Shown here: piece by piece, positions 16,715 to 27,300 of the stretch | Layout of the letters: the number at the start of each line of letters is the position of its first letter | How positions within the stretch are numbered: the stretch's first letter is position 1 | IMG/VR virus record: IMGVR_UViG_3300027668_000001 | Coordinates: 1-57,406 of that record | From: a virus | Taxonomy: Duplodnaviria; Caudoviricetes | DNA length: 57,406 nt | Direction: 5' to 3' (one strand) | Program-made: the position numbers and the translations under genes | The notes under the pieces: generated by a model | Database searches by the model: none | Told to the model about the DNA's origin: nothing | Seen by the model: only the letters and a program-made list of their open reading frames with translations

Positions 16715-19700
16715 TTAGTGTGCATAGTACTGCAATGGAATACGTCTACCGCTTTCGGTTTTGTAACCATTCATTAGTATTTCCTTTTTCAAATCTTTCT
16801 TTGCCTGATTAGTTGAGGAAATAACTTTAGGAAGTCTACTAATTAGGTTCAATTCATTACGAAGAAGACCTTTAAAAGTTTTTAGTTGTTGAACAGTAGG
16901 TTCATTAGGTGGGTTGAATGGATCGTACCCAACTTTTTTCATCTCTAAAACAACCACTTTGGACATACGAATCTTATCGTCCCGCAGCTGCGCTTCTGTC
17001 CTAACTTTATCAGAAGTGTTTGTCAGTTTGCTCATACGTCCCCAGAGATTAGCCATGTACAGATTACCACTGGCAGCAGTAGATACCTTAAGCATCCAAT
17101 CCATATAGACCCTCTCATTAACTGTGAGTTTATCGTCAGGATTCCTACCTTTCATCTTCTCTTCAAAACGTTTAGTTGCCTTAGTCAGGGAGTCACGTGC
17201 CTGTTCTAAGTAACTCCATTCAAGAGTTGCATCCATCCAGTTAAGATTAATCTCTTCTAGTGCAACGTCATAACCATTAGCATCTACTTTAAAAGCATCA
17301 TAGATAGTTAAGAGGTATGCATTACCATTAGATGCCTTGTTCATCCTATCCCAAGACTTGCCAGAGGCAGTCATTGCTACGGTAGCAGCATCGACAGCTT
17401 GAATAGGTGCAACAACAGATCCACCATAGGCAAACTCACCGGGAGTACCTTCAATAGAACCATCTGAGTTTGTCCTATTTCGAACAGCTGATGCTGTAGT
17501 TTCAGTTTCATAGTGAGCAACGTTTGTCTTAACCATCTCACCAGTCTGAGGAGATCTCCTCTTAAAGGTGCTCATAGAAGCTTCATCATAACCTGTAGAG
17601 GATTCACCACCAATATTGATGGCCATACCTGTTGGACCATAAATAATAAAAGGTTCATTCATAGCAGCATGTAGTGAAGCCGCAGCCCTCATAATAGATC
17701 TAGCTTCTCTGGAAGCAGGTGTCATAATCCCTTCAAGTGATACACTATATTTCTCTAAGAGAACTTTAGCTAAGTCTCTACGTGACATAGTAGAATCTAC
17801 AATAGAAAGACTTGGAGCATAAGAACTTTCAGGGTCTTCAAGAAGTTTCTGATTCATAACCTCTAAGACTTCTTCAATGTCAGTTACAAAACTTTCAATC
17901 TCCTTACCATAACCATAAGTCATGATTGTTAACTTAGCTAAATCTCTATTGTTAAACACAGCACGTGCAACATCATTCAGTTGTGGGAATAAATCCTCAC
18001 TGATGTTTGACCATCCACTATCTATACTCTCATTGGCTAATCCCATAAGTCTATCACGGATATCACCATCATCTAAGAGTGTTGTTCTGTTCCCCCTAGC
18101 CCTGAGGACACCAGTGTAGTAAGCCATATTGATCTCACCCATTTGCATACCCTGACTTGCAGGACCATTGGTCTTACCATCCATATAAGCATTGACATAA
18201 CTAATAAATTGTTTATCCTTGGGGTAGTTCCTTTTAAAGTCAACGTACTTAGCGAAGTCTATCAATGTGTCCATAAGAAGTGGGCCATCTTCTTTCTTAT
18301 CTTTAATCATCTTGATAATCATACTATCATAATCACTATTTGGATCAAGGCTAAGCTGATTGAACTGTGGGAATTGTGGAGAATCTAAGGGAACACCATT
18401 AGCAATGGCCTCAGACACAGCTTCATACTGTGCATCAGTCATTTCTAATGCTTGTTGAAGACGTTTACCATACCCATACAGTTCAGACTCTCTGGCTTTA
18501 AGCATAACTTCTCTTTGACGAGGTAAGAAAGTATCACCAGCATCTGTTATTGTATTGCCTGCAGAGTCTTTAACTTTAGACAATAAGATCATGGCATACA
18601 TCTGACGTAGGTTCTTCTCTTGCCTGTTTCCAGGTCTAATAATAGCCCCTACAGGTGCTCTTGTAGCAAATCGAACAGCCTTAGATGTCACTGGGTTGAA
18701 GAAAGATTGCTGAGGTGTCAGCCTCCCCTGAAAACCTTGAACATTATAAGTAAGGTAGTTAATACCATTACGATCTTGGGCTAATGCTTGGACTTCCTGT
18801 GCTAATTTATCCATCAAATTGTTGATGTTCTCTTGTGGAATATAAAGATCTTCATTTAGTTGTGGATTATTTTCCATCCTACGTTCCTGCATCTTAGCAG
18901 CAGCATTAAATTTGTTCATCCTTGATTGACCAACATTGTTGATCTCAGCCTGCCAAGTAGTGTGGTCATTGGACAAGAGTGTAGATAACGCAGTAGAATA
19001 TAAGATCTTCATACGTTGCTTATCAACCACATGGCCTACCTGACCTAAGTTATTAATAGCTTCTTCAATAATCTTACCCATCTTCTGACCAGAATTACCA
19101 CCAGACACTGCCCTAACTACATTCTTACCAACATCAGTATCAACCATTTGGTTAGGTGTTTTCTGAGGTCTCACTATTTGACGAGGGAAAAGTTTCTTAC
19201 GATCAATTTCACCTTCTTTAATAGCTGCCTCACCTTCTGCAGAAAGTGTATATACTATTTGCCGAGTCTTTGGATCAGTAGCGGTTGTAACCAGTGTTGG
19301 GTTAGAGTCTGCCCATAATTGTTTGAACGCAGCACCAAGTGTCTCAGCCTCCTTACGGTTCAGTTTATCTGGTGAAGCTAATGCTTGAACCATAGGATCA
19401 GTCTCAGGCACACCCTGACTTATCATAGCCTGCCTATTCCTACGCTGATACTCAAGATGTATCCTGTTACCTATCTGCCCGTTACCTTCAGCAAGTGTAA
19501 GCGTTTGGTTTACACCTTCCTTAGGTACAGATGTGTCTCCCATTGCCTCTGAAACAGGGTCAACAGTGCTTTCCATATTACCACCAAAAACATCCTCAAC
19601 AATAGCAGAAGCAATTTGAGTATACATTGGATTAGGTATCTTCATACCACTCTCAGATTCTATAATTGCATCTGCCCTACTAATAGCAGCTACGATATTA

Positions 19701-20218
19701 CCATCAGCGGTCTCAGCAATGGCATCTGCAAGTACTGGACCTGATACAGGAGATTCACCCTTAGTCAGTGGGTAAGCTGCATTTCCAAGGGCTGTTAAGT
19801 TTAACCCAAGATTACCATTATTTACATTATCAACAAGAGTCTTTGCACGAGATCTAAGATTACCACCAGCTTCAGATTGGGCTGCGATAGATAACTTCTG
19901 TCGCATAACAGGGGGTGTGACCCGTCTATACCTTTGGTTACCAGTCTGAGCATTGGTAGCCATGTCAGGAACTAAGAATCTGTCATCATTACTTTGTTGT
20001 TCTGGGTTAATTAAATCAGGCGCTAACCCAGATGCAGCCTGTGTGATCTCTGCAATTTGTTCTGGAGTAGTGTTAGCAATATCTTGTAGGATGCCTGATG
20101 AGGCAGGTGAAGATGCAGGTTGTTGAGGGGCTACCTCTTCCTCCTGCCTAACAAATCGATCTTCTAAAGATTGAGAGGGGAGCTCAGCACTCCCCCCTTT
20201 AATTATTGGTATCGCCAT
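16715..20218 (-). CDS. Second single-subunit RNA polymerase, putative virion-encapsidated RNAP
   Basis: In order: FQGRL, MDGKTNG (motif A), RDLAKLTIMTYGYG (motif B), IQAVDA, TIYDAF (motif C); last gene of the internal virion protein block; no Cys in 1167 aa. Confidence 0.8.
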   Translation of the reverse strand: MAIPIIKGGSAELPSQSLEDRFVRQEEEVAPQQPASSPASSGILQDIANTTPEQIAEITQAASGLAPDLINPEQQSNDDRFLVPDMATNAQTGNQRYRRVTPPVMRQKLSIAAQSEAGGNLRSRAKTLVDNVNNGNLGLNLTALGNAAYPLTKGESPVSGPVLADAIAETADGNIVAAISRADAIIESESGMKIPNPMYTQIASAIVEDVFGGNMESTVDPVSEAMGDTSVPKEGVNQTLTLAEGNGQIGNRIHLEYQRRNRQAMISQGVPETDPMVQALASPDKLNRKEAETLGAAFKQLWADSNPTLVTTATDPKTRQIVYTLSAEGEAAIKEGEIDRKKLFPRQIVRPQKTPNQMVDTDVGKNVVRAVSGGNSGQKMGKIIEEAINNLGQVGHVVDKQRMKILYSTALSTLLSNDHTTWQAEINNVGQSRMNKFNAAAKMQERRMENNPQLNEDLYIPQENINNLMDKLAQEVQALAQDRNGINYLTYNVQGFQGRLTPQQSFFNPVTSKAVRFATRAPVGAIIRPGNRQEKNLRQMYAMILLSKVKDSAGNTITDAGDTFLPRQREVMLKARESELYGYGKRLQQALEMTDAQYEAVSEAIANGVPLDSPQFPQFNQLSLDPNSDYDSMIIKMIKDKKEDGPLLMDTLIDFAKYVDFKRNYPKDKQFISYVNAYMDGKTNGPASQGMQMGEINMAYYTGVLRARGNRTTLLDDGDIRDRLMGLANESIDSGWSNISEDLFPQLNDVARAVFNNRDLAKLTIMTYGYGKEIESFVTDIEEVLEVMNQKLLEDPESSYAPSLSIVDSTMSRRDLAKVLLEKYSVSLEGIMTPASREARSIMRAAASLHAAMNEPFIIYGPTGMAINIGGESSTGYDEASMSTFKRRSPQTGEMVKTNVAHYETETTASAVRNRTNSDGSIEGTPGEFAYGGSVVAPIQAVDAATVAMTASGKSWDRMNKASNGNAYLLTIYDAFKVDANGYDVALEEINLNWMDATLEWSYLEQARDSLTKATKRFEEKMKGRNPDDKLTVNERVYMDWMLKVSTAASGNLYMANLWGRMSKLTNTSDKVRTEAQLRDDKIRMSKVVVLEMKKVGYDPFNPPNEPTVQQLKTFKGLLRNELNLISRLPKVISSTNQAKKDLKKEILMNGYKTESGRRIPLQYYAH

Positions 20219-20220
20219 TA

Positions 20221-23200
20221 CTAATTCTCCTTGTTGTCCTTATAGTTCCAACCACCACCAGTCATTAGACTAGCTAGTCTTTTATTAGTATCTGTAAAAG
20301 GTCCAATTCCAGGGGCTGATTTTAAACCCTGATATAAAGAACGTTCAAAGTCACCCTTAGCTGCATTCAAAGTTGCATCACCGAGCCTACCAACGTACCC
20401 AACAGTTGGGCTTTCACCTGTGGCTTGATTGTATAACCAACCACCAAGACCCTCAGAGCGTTGACCATAGATAGGTGCAAAGATATCAACAATCCTTTCA
20501 CCTGTGCCAAGCAAACCAGAAGACATGACACCACGGCGAATGTACTCAGGTGTGTCCAAGTATGGATTACCAAGTGTACCTTCGTCATCATCATCGTCAT
20601 CAAACTTTATCTCATCTTTCATAGCCTGTGAGAAGAACCCTAAGGCAATCATAGTAGACATGAGAACAAAGGTGTTGTACTTCATTGCTGGAGTGCCACG
20701 TTTGATATAGTCATTCCACATACGAGGTATATGGTTTGCTGTAAAGGTAGAAATGAAACCTTGGAACTGTGTAAACAAAGCAAACCTTGGATCTTGATAG
20801 AGCAAAGGACGATTAGCTGCACTTGGAAGGGCTACTGCTTGGTTAATAAAGTTGTAGGTAGCTTCCTTCATTGTTTGATTCCATGCATCCATCTCTTTAG
20901 CACTTAAAGGTAATCCTTTTTCAATAGCATTCATCATAGGAATGAATTGTTCTATAGGTATTCCCAAGCTTCTTAGCTTTTGCTCAGCCTCTTGGGCCTC
21001 ACGAGTAGGGCCTTGAGATACAATCTCCCCATCCTTAGTGACATACTCTGTTACAGTAGTTTTCTTCTTAGTCTTTTTATCAACAGTAGTAGTTGTTCTT
21101 GCCTCGTTCCTTTGATATAATATTTTAGAGTTAATAGATATAAAATCATAGGCCATACTTGCACGAACAGCACGAGTATAGTCAGTCCATTGAGTCAAAC
21201 CAATAGCCCTAAAGAAAGCTTCCATAACATTCTTACGATTGTCTGAAACCTCACTGACACCTGTGGTTGTTGCAGCGCCTACTTCCCAAGCATAGAAACC
21301 AGTTTCTCTAAGAAGCTTTTGACCTTCACTACCATTGTTCTGTTGAAGTATACCTTCATCAGTGCTGGATTCAACCTTCTTTAGATTAGGCAATAACCCC
21401 GCCACTGCTTCTTGAGCAATGTTCCTAATGCTTCCATTCTTACCAAAGATTTGTTCCTTAGTGAGCGCCCCTTGTGTCATAGCCATTTCAGGCAGTGAGG
21501 AAAATGTTGCAAGTGGAAGTGCGGATAGTGTCATCCAGAACATTACATTCTTCTGGAACCTCATAAGCTTTTTACCAGCTTGGGTAGTCGGCCTGTTGTA
21601 GTTACCTGACACAGCCTCTAAGATATTCTTAACCTCAGAAGCTACACGATTAACCTCTTCCTCAGGCACACCCTCGGCCTGCATCTTGTTCAAGAGTTTA
21701 GATATAATCTCTCCATCCTTACCAACATACTTCATTTGAGTTACGTAACGAGCCGCAGTCTTACTTGCATTAGCAACGTTAGCGAAGATGTCTTTCTCAT
21801 AGAACTGATCAAACTTTTCATTCTGAGATAGACCAAACTTCCTACGCTTGTGTGATGGTGGGTTGAGAGATCCTACATTACTGATAATAGCATCCGCAGA
21901 GTCCAGATCGTAGACGTTTGGGTTGTCTCTGATCTCATCTGTAATCCTTAAAGCTAGGTCAGGAGTGATTCCATACTCAGATATTAAAAGATTTTTAAAC
22001 TTCTCTGGATCCTTAGACACAGCAGCCTTATCAATTGACTTGTACTTAAGGAGGTAACCTTTAATATCTCCCAAATCAGCACCAGCATCTAATTGGTTTT
22101 GACGGAGTTCCTTACCAAGAGTCATCAATTGATTACCCAAGTCAATAATTACCTGCCTGTTCTCAGTGTCCTTTGGTACAAGATTCTGATTAAAGTTACC
22201 TCGTTTATCGATAGCTCCCCTCAACACTTTGTAAGTCATGTCACTTACCCTAGCTCTATCAGAAGACTTAAACACTCCTGCAATAGATCGAAGACCCAAT
22301 CTCTTATAGTAAGCTTTTGGGTCATGCACTTGGTTCTTGTAGTAAGTTACAAGATGGTGTTGTGCAGCTTCGATACCAGAACCACCATGTAAAGGAGTCA
22401 GTGTCCCACCTAAGATAGATGCCAATGCACGAGCAGACCTAGACTTATCTAGTGTAGCTTTTGGAATTGCATTTGTAACAGCAGCTTGCCAAAGATTAGA
22501 AACATTCATTACAGATGTAGATGCACGTTCCATAAATGTTTTCTGACCAGTTGTTTGCTTGTGCTTATCTCCTCTTTGATTAACGTTGGGACCGAGGTTG
22601 TCAGAGGCATCCACTTCTTTCTGAACATCTGACAGTAGTTGGGGTGTAGTTCTTACAGTCCCACCGTGATTTGCCTTCTCTTCTTCTATGTATCTTTCAT
22701 TGTCTGATTGAGATATTGGTTCTCCAAAACGAGCAGCTGCATCCATCCAAGTTATCTGATCTTTAACTGTACCGGGAATAGAAAAGGCACCACCTAAGGC
22801 AGTGCCAGCAATAGCAGCATTAGCTAAACGTTCTTTAAACTCTTCGTAGTCAAACACTTTATCTGAACCTTGAACAGCAGCAAGATAGCCAATAGCTTCT
22901 TGACCAACTTCAGTCAGTCCCTCAGATACAGAACCAACACCTACAGTTCCTAAAGCTCTCATAGAAGCCTGCTTAGCTGTTATCTGAGCCTTTGCAATCC
23001 TCTGTGCTTCATTGGCAAACTGACCAATGGCAGAGTCTGCTTCTGCTTTAACAAGTATCTTAGCATCTAGTAAACTTATTCCACGAGATTTAGCAAGTGC
23101 CTTTGGTATCTCTTCTCGTATAGTTTGTATTGGGTTTTTTCCTATACCTCCAATACCTTTAAGACCTAACCTATCAAGGACAGCTTGAGCTATGCCAGAA

Positions 23201-24309
23201 CCAATTGCAATGGTAGCTGACTTACTATCGTTATCACCTTCCATGTCATTCCAAGTTTGACCTGCATACATGAATGATGGGATAGCTACAGCACCTGAGA
23301 CAGCAAGAGCAGTACCTATAACAGGGGCAAGTACAGTTCCAGCAAGAGCCGAACCAGCAGTGATTGCCATATAAGGAAGAGACAAAGCCATTGTGTTCCC
23401 AAGGTACTCAATGAAACCTCCAATGTTATCAATATCTTTGTAGTTGTTAGTCGTATATCCAAACTCAGCCAGCTTACCTTGCTGCCTACGTACACCAGCT
23501 TCACCCCATCTTTCAAGACCCTCAGCTCCAGTAGAAGAACCAAACAGATTAGCAATACCATACGCACTCTCACCTACACTGATCCACCCTTGTTCCCAAG
23601 AGTCGCTGATAGGGTTGAGAGATTTGTTGTCAAGTGAGACACCAGGTCTTCGGATATCTACATCACGATAAAAATACTTATTCATTTCGCTTGTAGCTTG
23701 ATCCCTAGACATTCCTTGGGTCATGAAGTAACTGATGTAAGAAGCTCTTTCTTTTTCATCTACAAGGGTTTGTTTAAAGCCTAAAGACTTGGCACCTTGA
23801 GATCTCTCAGCAATCTCAATATCAACTGCAGCTTTATCAAATGCAGAAGGTTCGTATGTACCCTCGAAAATAGCCCTGTCCCTAGCAGCTGTTGTGGCTG
23901 TCTTTTGAATCCTATCAGAGTCTGTTGAGTACTCTGTTAGATCCATTGCACCTGAACTCATTAACATGCCTGAGAAAGTTTCCCCAACATCATTGACAAG
24001 ATCAACCATCTGACGAGTACCACCAGAATCCATCATAGGGGAACCGTCTGAATTGAACACAGGTTTTATGTTATTAAACCCCTGTTCATTAGCTAGTCGG
24101 GAGATAATGCCAGTGGTTTCTTTACCACCAGCAGTACCTTCCTTAACTTCCCCAGTGTATAAGATCTTAGACACCTCGGCAGCATCATAACCACGAAGAC
24201 GATAGTTGGGACCATCTGGGTTATCCAATGTGTCACCATCGATGAAGTGAGTACCAGTACCTGCTAAAGTATTAGGCTTAAAGTTACTAATATCATCTAA
24301 TATTCCCAT
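20221..24309 (-). CDS. Large internal virion (ejection) protein with N-terminal thermonuclease-like motif
   Basis: IDGDT and RLRGYDAAE at the N-terminus; hydrophobic Ala/Gly segment; gene position. Confidence 0.7.
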   Translation of the reverse strand: MGILDDISNFKPNTLAGTGTHFIDGDTLDNPDGPNYRLRGYDAAEVSKILYTGEVKEGTAGGKETTGIISRLANEQGFNNIKPVFNSDGSPMMDSGGTRQMVDLVNDVGETFSGMLMSSGAMDLTEYSTDSDRIQKTATTAARDRAIFEGTYEPSAFDKAAVDIEIAERSQGAKSLGFKQTLVDEKERASYISYFMTQGMSRDQATSEMNKYFYRDVDIRRPGVSLDNKSLNPISDSWEQGWISVGESAYGIANLFGSSTGAEGLERWGEAGVRRQQGKLAEFGYTTNNYKDIDNIGGFIEYLGNTMALSLPYMAITAGSALAGTVLAPVIGTALAVSGAVAIPSFMYAGQTWNDMEGDNDSKSATIAIGSGIAQAVLDRLGLKGIGGIGKNPIQTIREEIPKALAKSRGISLLDAKILVKAEADSAIGQFANEAQRIAKAQITAKQASMRALGTVGVGSVSEGLTEVGQEAIGYLAAVQGSDKVFDYEEFKERLANAAIAGTALGGAFSIPGTVKDQITWMDAAARFGEPISQSDNERYIEEEKANHGGTVRTTPQLLSDVQKEVDASDNLGPNVNQRGDKHKQTTGQKTFMERASTSVMNVSNLWQAAVTNAIPKATLDKSRSARALASILGGTLTPLHGGSGIEAAQHHLVTYYKNQVHDPKAYYKRLGLRSIAGVFKSSDRARVSDMTYKVLRGAIDKRGNFNQNLVPKDTENRQVIIDLGNQLMTLGKELRQNQLDAGADLGDIKGYLLKYKSIDKAAVSKDPEKFKNLLISEYGITPDLALRITDEIRDNPNVYDLDSADAIISNVGSLNPPSHKRRKFGLSQNEKFDQFYEKDIFANVANASKTAARYVTQMKYVGKDGEIISKLLNKMQAEGVPEEEVNRVASEVKNILEAVSGNYNRPTTQAGKKLMRFQKNVMFWMTLSALPLATFSSLPEMAMTQGALTKEQIFGKNGSIRNIAQEAVAGLLPNLKKVESSTDEGILQQNNGSEGQKLLRETGFYAWEVGAATTTGVSEVSDNRKNVMEAFFRAIGLTQWTDYTRAVRASMAYDFISINSKILYQRNEARTTTTVDKKTKKKTTVTEYVTKDGEIVSQGPTREAQEAEQKLRSLGIPIEQFIPMMNAIEKGLPLSAKEMDAWNQTMKEATYNFINQAVALPSAANRPLLYQDPRFALFTQFQGFISTFTANHIPRMWNDYIKRGTPAMKYNTFVLMSTMIALGFFSQAMKDEIKFDDDDDDEGTLGNPYLDTPEYIRRGVMSSGLLGTGERIVDIFAPIYGQRSEGLGGWLYNQATGESPTVGYVGRLGDATLNAAKGDFERSLYQGLKSAPGIGPFTDTNKRLASLMTGGGWNYKDNKEN

Positions 24310-24330
24310 TACATATCTCCTTGTGTTAAA

Positions 24331-27300
24331 TTATGCTATTAGTCCATTCACCATACTCTTCATGACATACTGCATTAACCCACTTACACCAATAGCAGCA
24401 CCTGTGTCAATGTGGCCTTGCCTTAATTCAGGGTCTAGATCTCGCCAATCGTTGTAAGTATCTGTAGTCATTAGCCAAGATGAAACCTGAGTATCATTCA
24501 TGCCAGCTAATTCTTCTTGACCTTCACGAGCTGCCGCATCCTTAAGAGTCTTTATGAAAGTTGTAATATTTGCTATAGGAACTGGTTTATCAAAAGTAAC
24601 CTTACCCTCACTATTCTTTGAAGGTAAGAAGAAGTTTTGTGCATCAGTAGTATTAGATTCTACCCAAGCTCTTGAGAAATAGTTACTTAATCCAGAGATT
24701 TTCTTACCAGACTTAGTATCAATCAATGCTTCATTGTAAGCCTTTTCTACAAGCTCTTCCATCTGCTCTAGTTCCATACCATTCTCAATAGCAAACACAA
24801 CAGCTTCCCTTCCAATTTTTGCTTTTGGAATGCCCAGATATGATTGACCAGTCACAATAGCACCAGCACTGTCTCTCTTTGGATTATTAGTATCTAGTTG
24901 TCCTACAAACGTTGATATCTTATCTCTTATCGATTTCTTGTATGTCTGATTGGCTTGTGTATTAGGGGCAAACCTACCATCGTTGGTAAGTGTACTTAGA
25001 TTAACCTGCTTATTGCCATCAAACCAATAATTACCATCACCTACTTTTTTTTGAATTAAAGTAATTTCCCTACCTGTTCGCCTATCATACATGGTCATTG
25101 GCTGAGCACTAGTGGGAACGGCAGGGAGACCTTTAGTTACAAGATCACCAAAGTCCATTGATTTCTTAAATATTGCAAGACTTTCCTTAGTATGTGTATC
25201 TGCAATAGCAACCTTATTATAGGTACTTTCCTTAGCATCTACCCTAGCAATGTAGTTCTTACCTGCAAAGGCAAGAGCTTGATTACCACTAAGACCAGTA
25301 GCACGACCACCAAGGTACATAACAGCAGCCCTAGCAAGTTCTTTACTGTCAAACAGATTCCCAAAGACACCTTTGAGCATAGCCATAGCACCTGTTACTT
25401 CAGGATTTTTAACTTTGTCAGCTAATAATTTAGCAGCAGCCGCTTCAGCAGCCGCTTTTTCTGCTGGAGTTAATACAGGATTTTCTTTTTCTAAGTTTGT
25501 AACAATGTTTTCAACATCAGCTATAGGGTTTTTAACAGTAGTTTCTACAGTTGTATTATCAGCAGGGTTGACATAAGGTACGATATTATCACGTTCCTGT
25601 TCTATCCTAATAACATCAGAGTTCTTCCTAGTTAGTTGCATCTCAGCTCTTTTTTCAGCCTCTTGCGCCTTTGCAAGTTCCAACTTATTAGCTTCAGCTT
25701 GAGCTTTAGCATCTGCCAGTTGTTGAATTGCCTGCTGACTTCCAGGGTTTAATCTTATGTACTCTTCAAGATTTGTAATGACGTTTAGAGTAGTTTCCAA
25801 AGTATCTCTCGCAGAGTAAACCTGCTTTTCTACTATATCAAGAGGGCCTCGTTCAAGAGTCTCTCGCATAATACGGTCCATGTAGAGATTGTCTCCACCT
25901 GTACTCATATCACTCTGGTCAGTCGCAGCTTCAATTTCGTTTAACCGGATTTGATTAATTGCTTGATCATCCCCGTCAGTAGCAAGACGTTCTAATTCAG
26001 TTCTAGTCATACTCTTATAGTTCTTATTCACTACAGGGGGTATGTCATTATCCAAACTAGGAATATTTTCTCTAGTTTCTTGGTACAGAGTGCCGTAGTT
26101 TGGAGGGATATTGTAACCAGTCAACTCCTCTAAGCTTGTCATTGATGGTGTAAATGCCCCTGAAATAAGATTAGATACCTTGCTGTGTTCAGGTGATCCA
26201 ACCTCTAGCCTTTCACGAAGATCCATTAATCTTTTCTGTGCTTCAGACCTACGATATTTATCTGGGTCATTACCAATGAAGTCATTACCAATGACATTAC
26301 CACCCATAGGTATATTATTACCCATCATCCTAGGAACATCTTGAATAGATGCTGGAAGGTTGTAACTCATCAACTCATCTAGGCTTATCATCGATGGGCT
26401 TAATGCCTTTGTAATAATATCAGATATCTTGATGTGTTCAGGTGATCCAACAGGTAAACTTTCACGCAGATCCATTAACCTTTGTTGTTCTACAGTCCTA
26501 CGAGAAATAGCATCACCAGTCTGACCATACCCTGAAGCACCTAAAGTACCAAATCCTGTCTCCCTAGGATCACTAATCACTTGTCTATCCTGACCATTAG
26601 TGAAGATATTACCTTGACCAAATGTCTCATTACCTAAGCCTGAGCCCGGTCTTGGTACACTGTAATTCAATTGCTTGAATGGAAATTCCTTCCTAGCCTC
26701 TTCAACACTATCAGAAGATCCTTCAAGTAATGATTGATCACTGTTAGGGATTGGGAGGTATGAGAGGTCTGGTGGAGGTGTGTTCATCCATTCAGGTCCA
26801 GCCACTGGAGGAGAGTTGGGGATTGGGAGATATGAGAGGTCTAATGGAGGTGCAACAACTGGCTCCGGAGGGGCTTGCCTCTGAGGCATCTTATCAATTA
26901 GAAGTTGCGATTGATCAAACTTAGTAAGAGCATCACGCTCATTCCTTTTAAACCAAGCGTTATCAACATCCTCTTGAAGATTACGCCGAGCCATTTGATC
27001 TATAGATAACCCGCCTGTATTTAAGTGGATAGGGCCACCCATATTTTTCTCGTCAGTATAACCAGCAGTATAACCACTACTAGGAAAGTTAGAGATACCT
27101 CCCGCTCCCATGTCTGAAAGCCTTGGACTATCTTGTACCCCTCTAGGAGTAGGTACACCAATAAACCTTGGATCAGGAACACTTACCTGATTTGCAATCA
27201 TTACATTCGGATCAAGTCCAGCATACATGTCTTGAGATGGCATCATCTGATTATCACGAGCTGCATTAGCAAGTTCCTGTTCTATCCTAATAACATCAGA

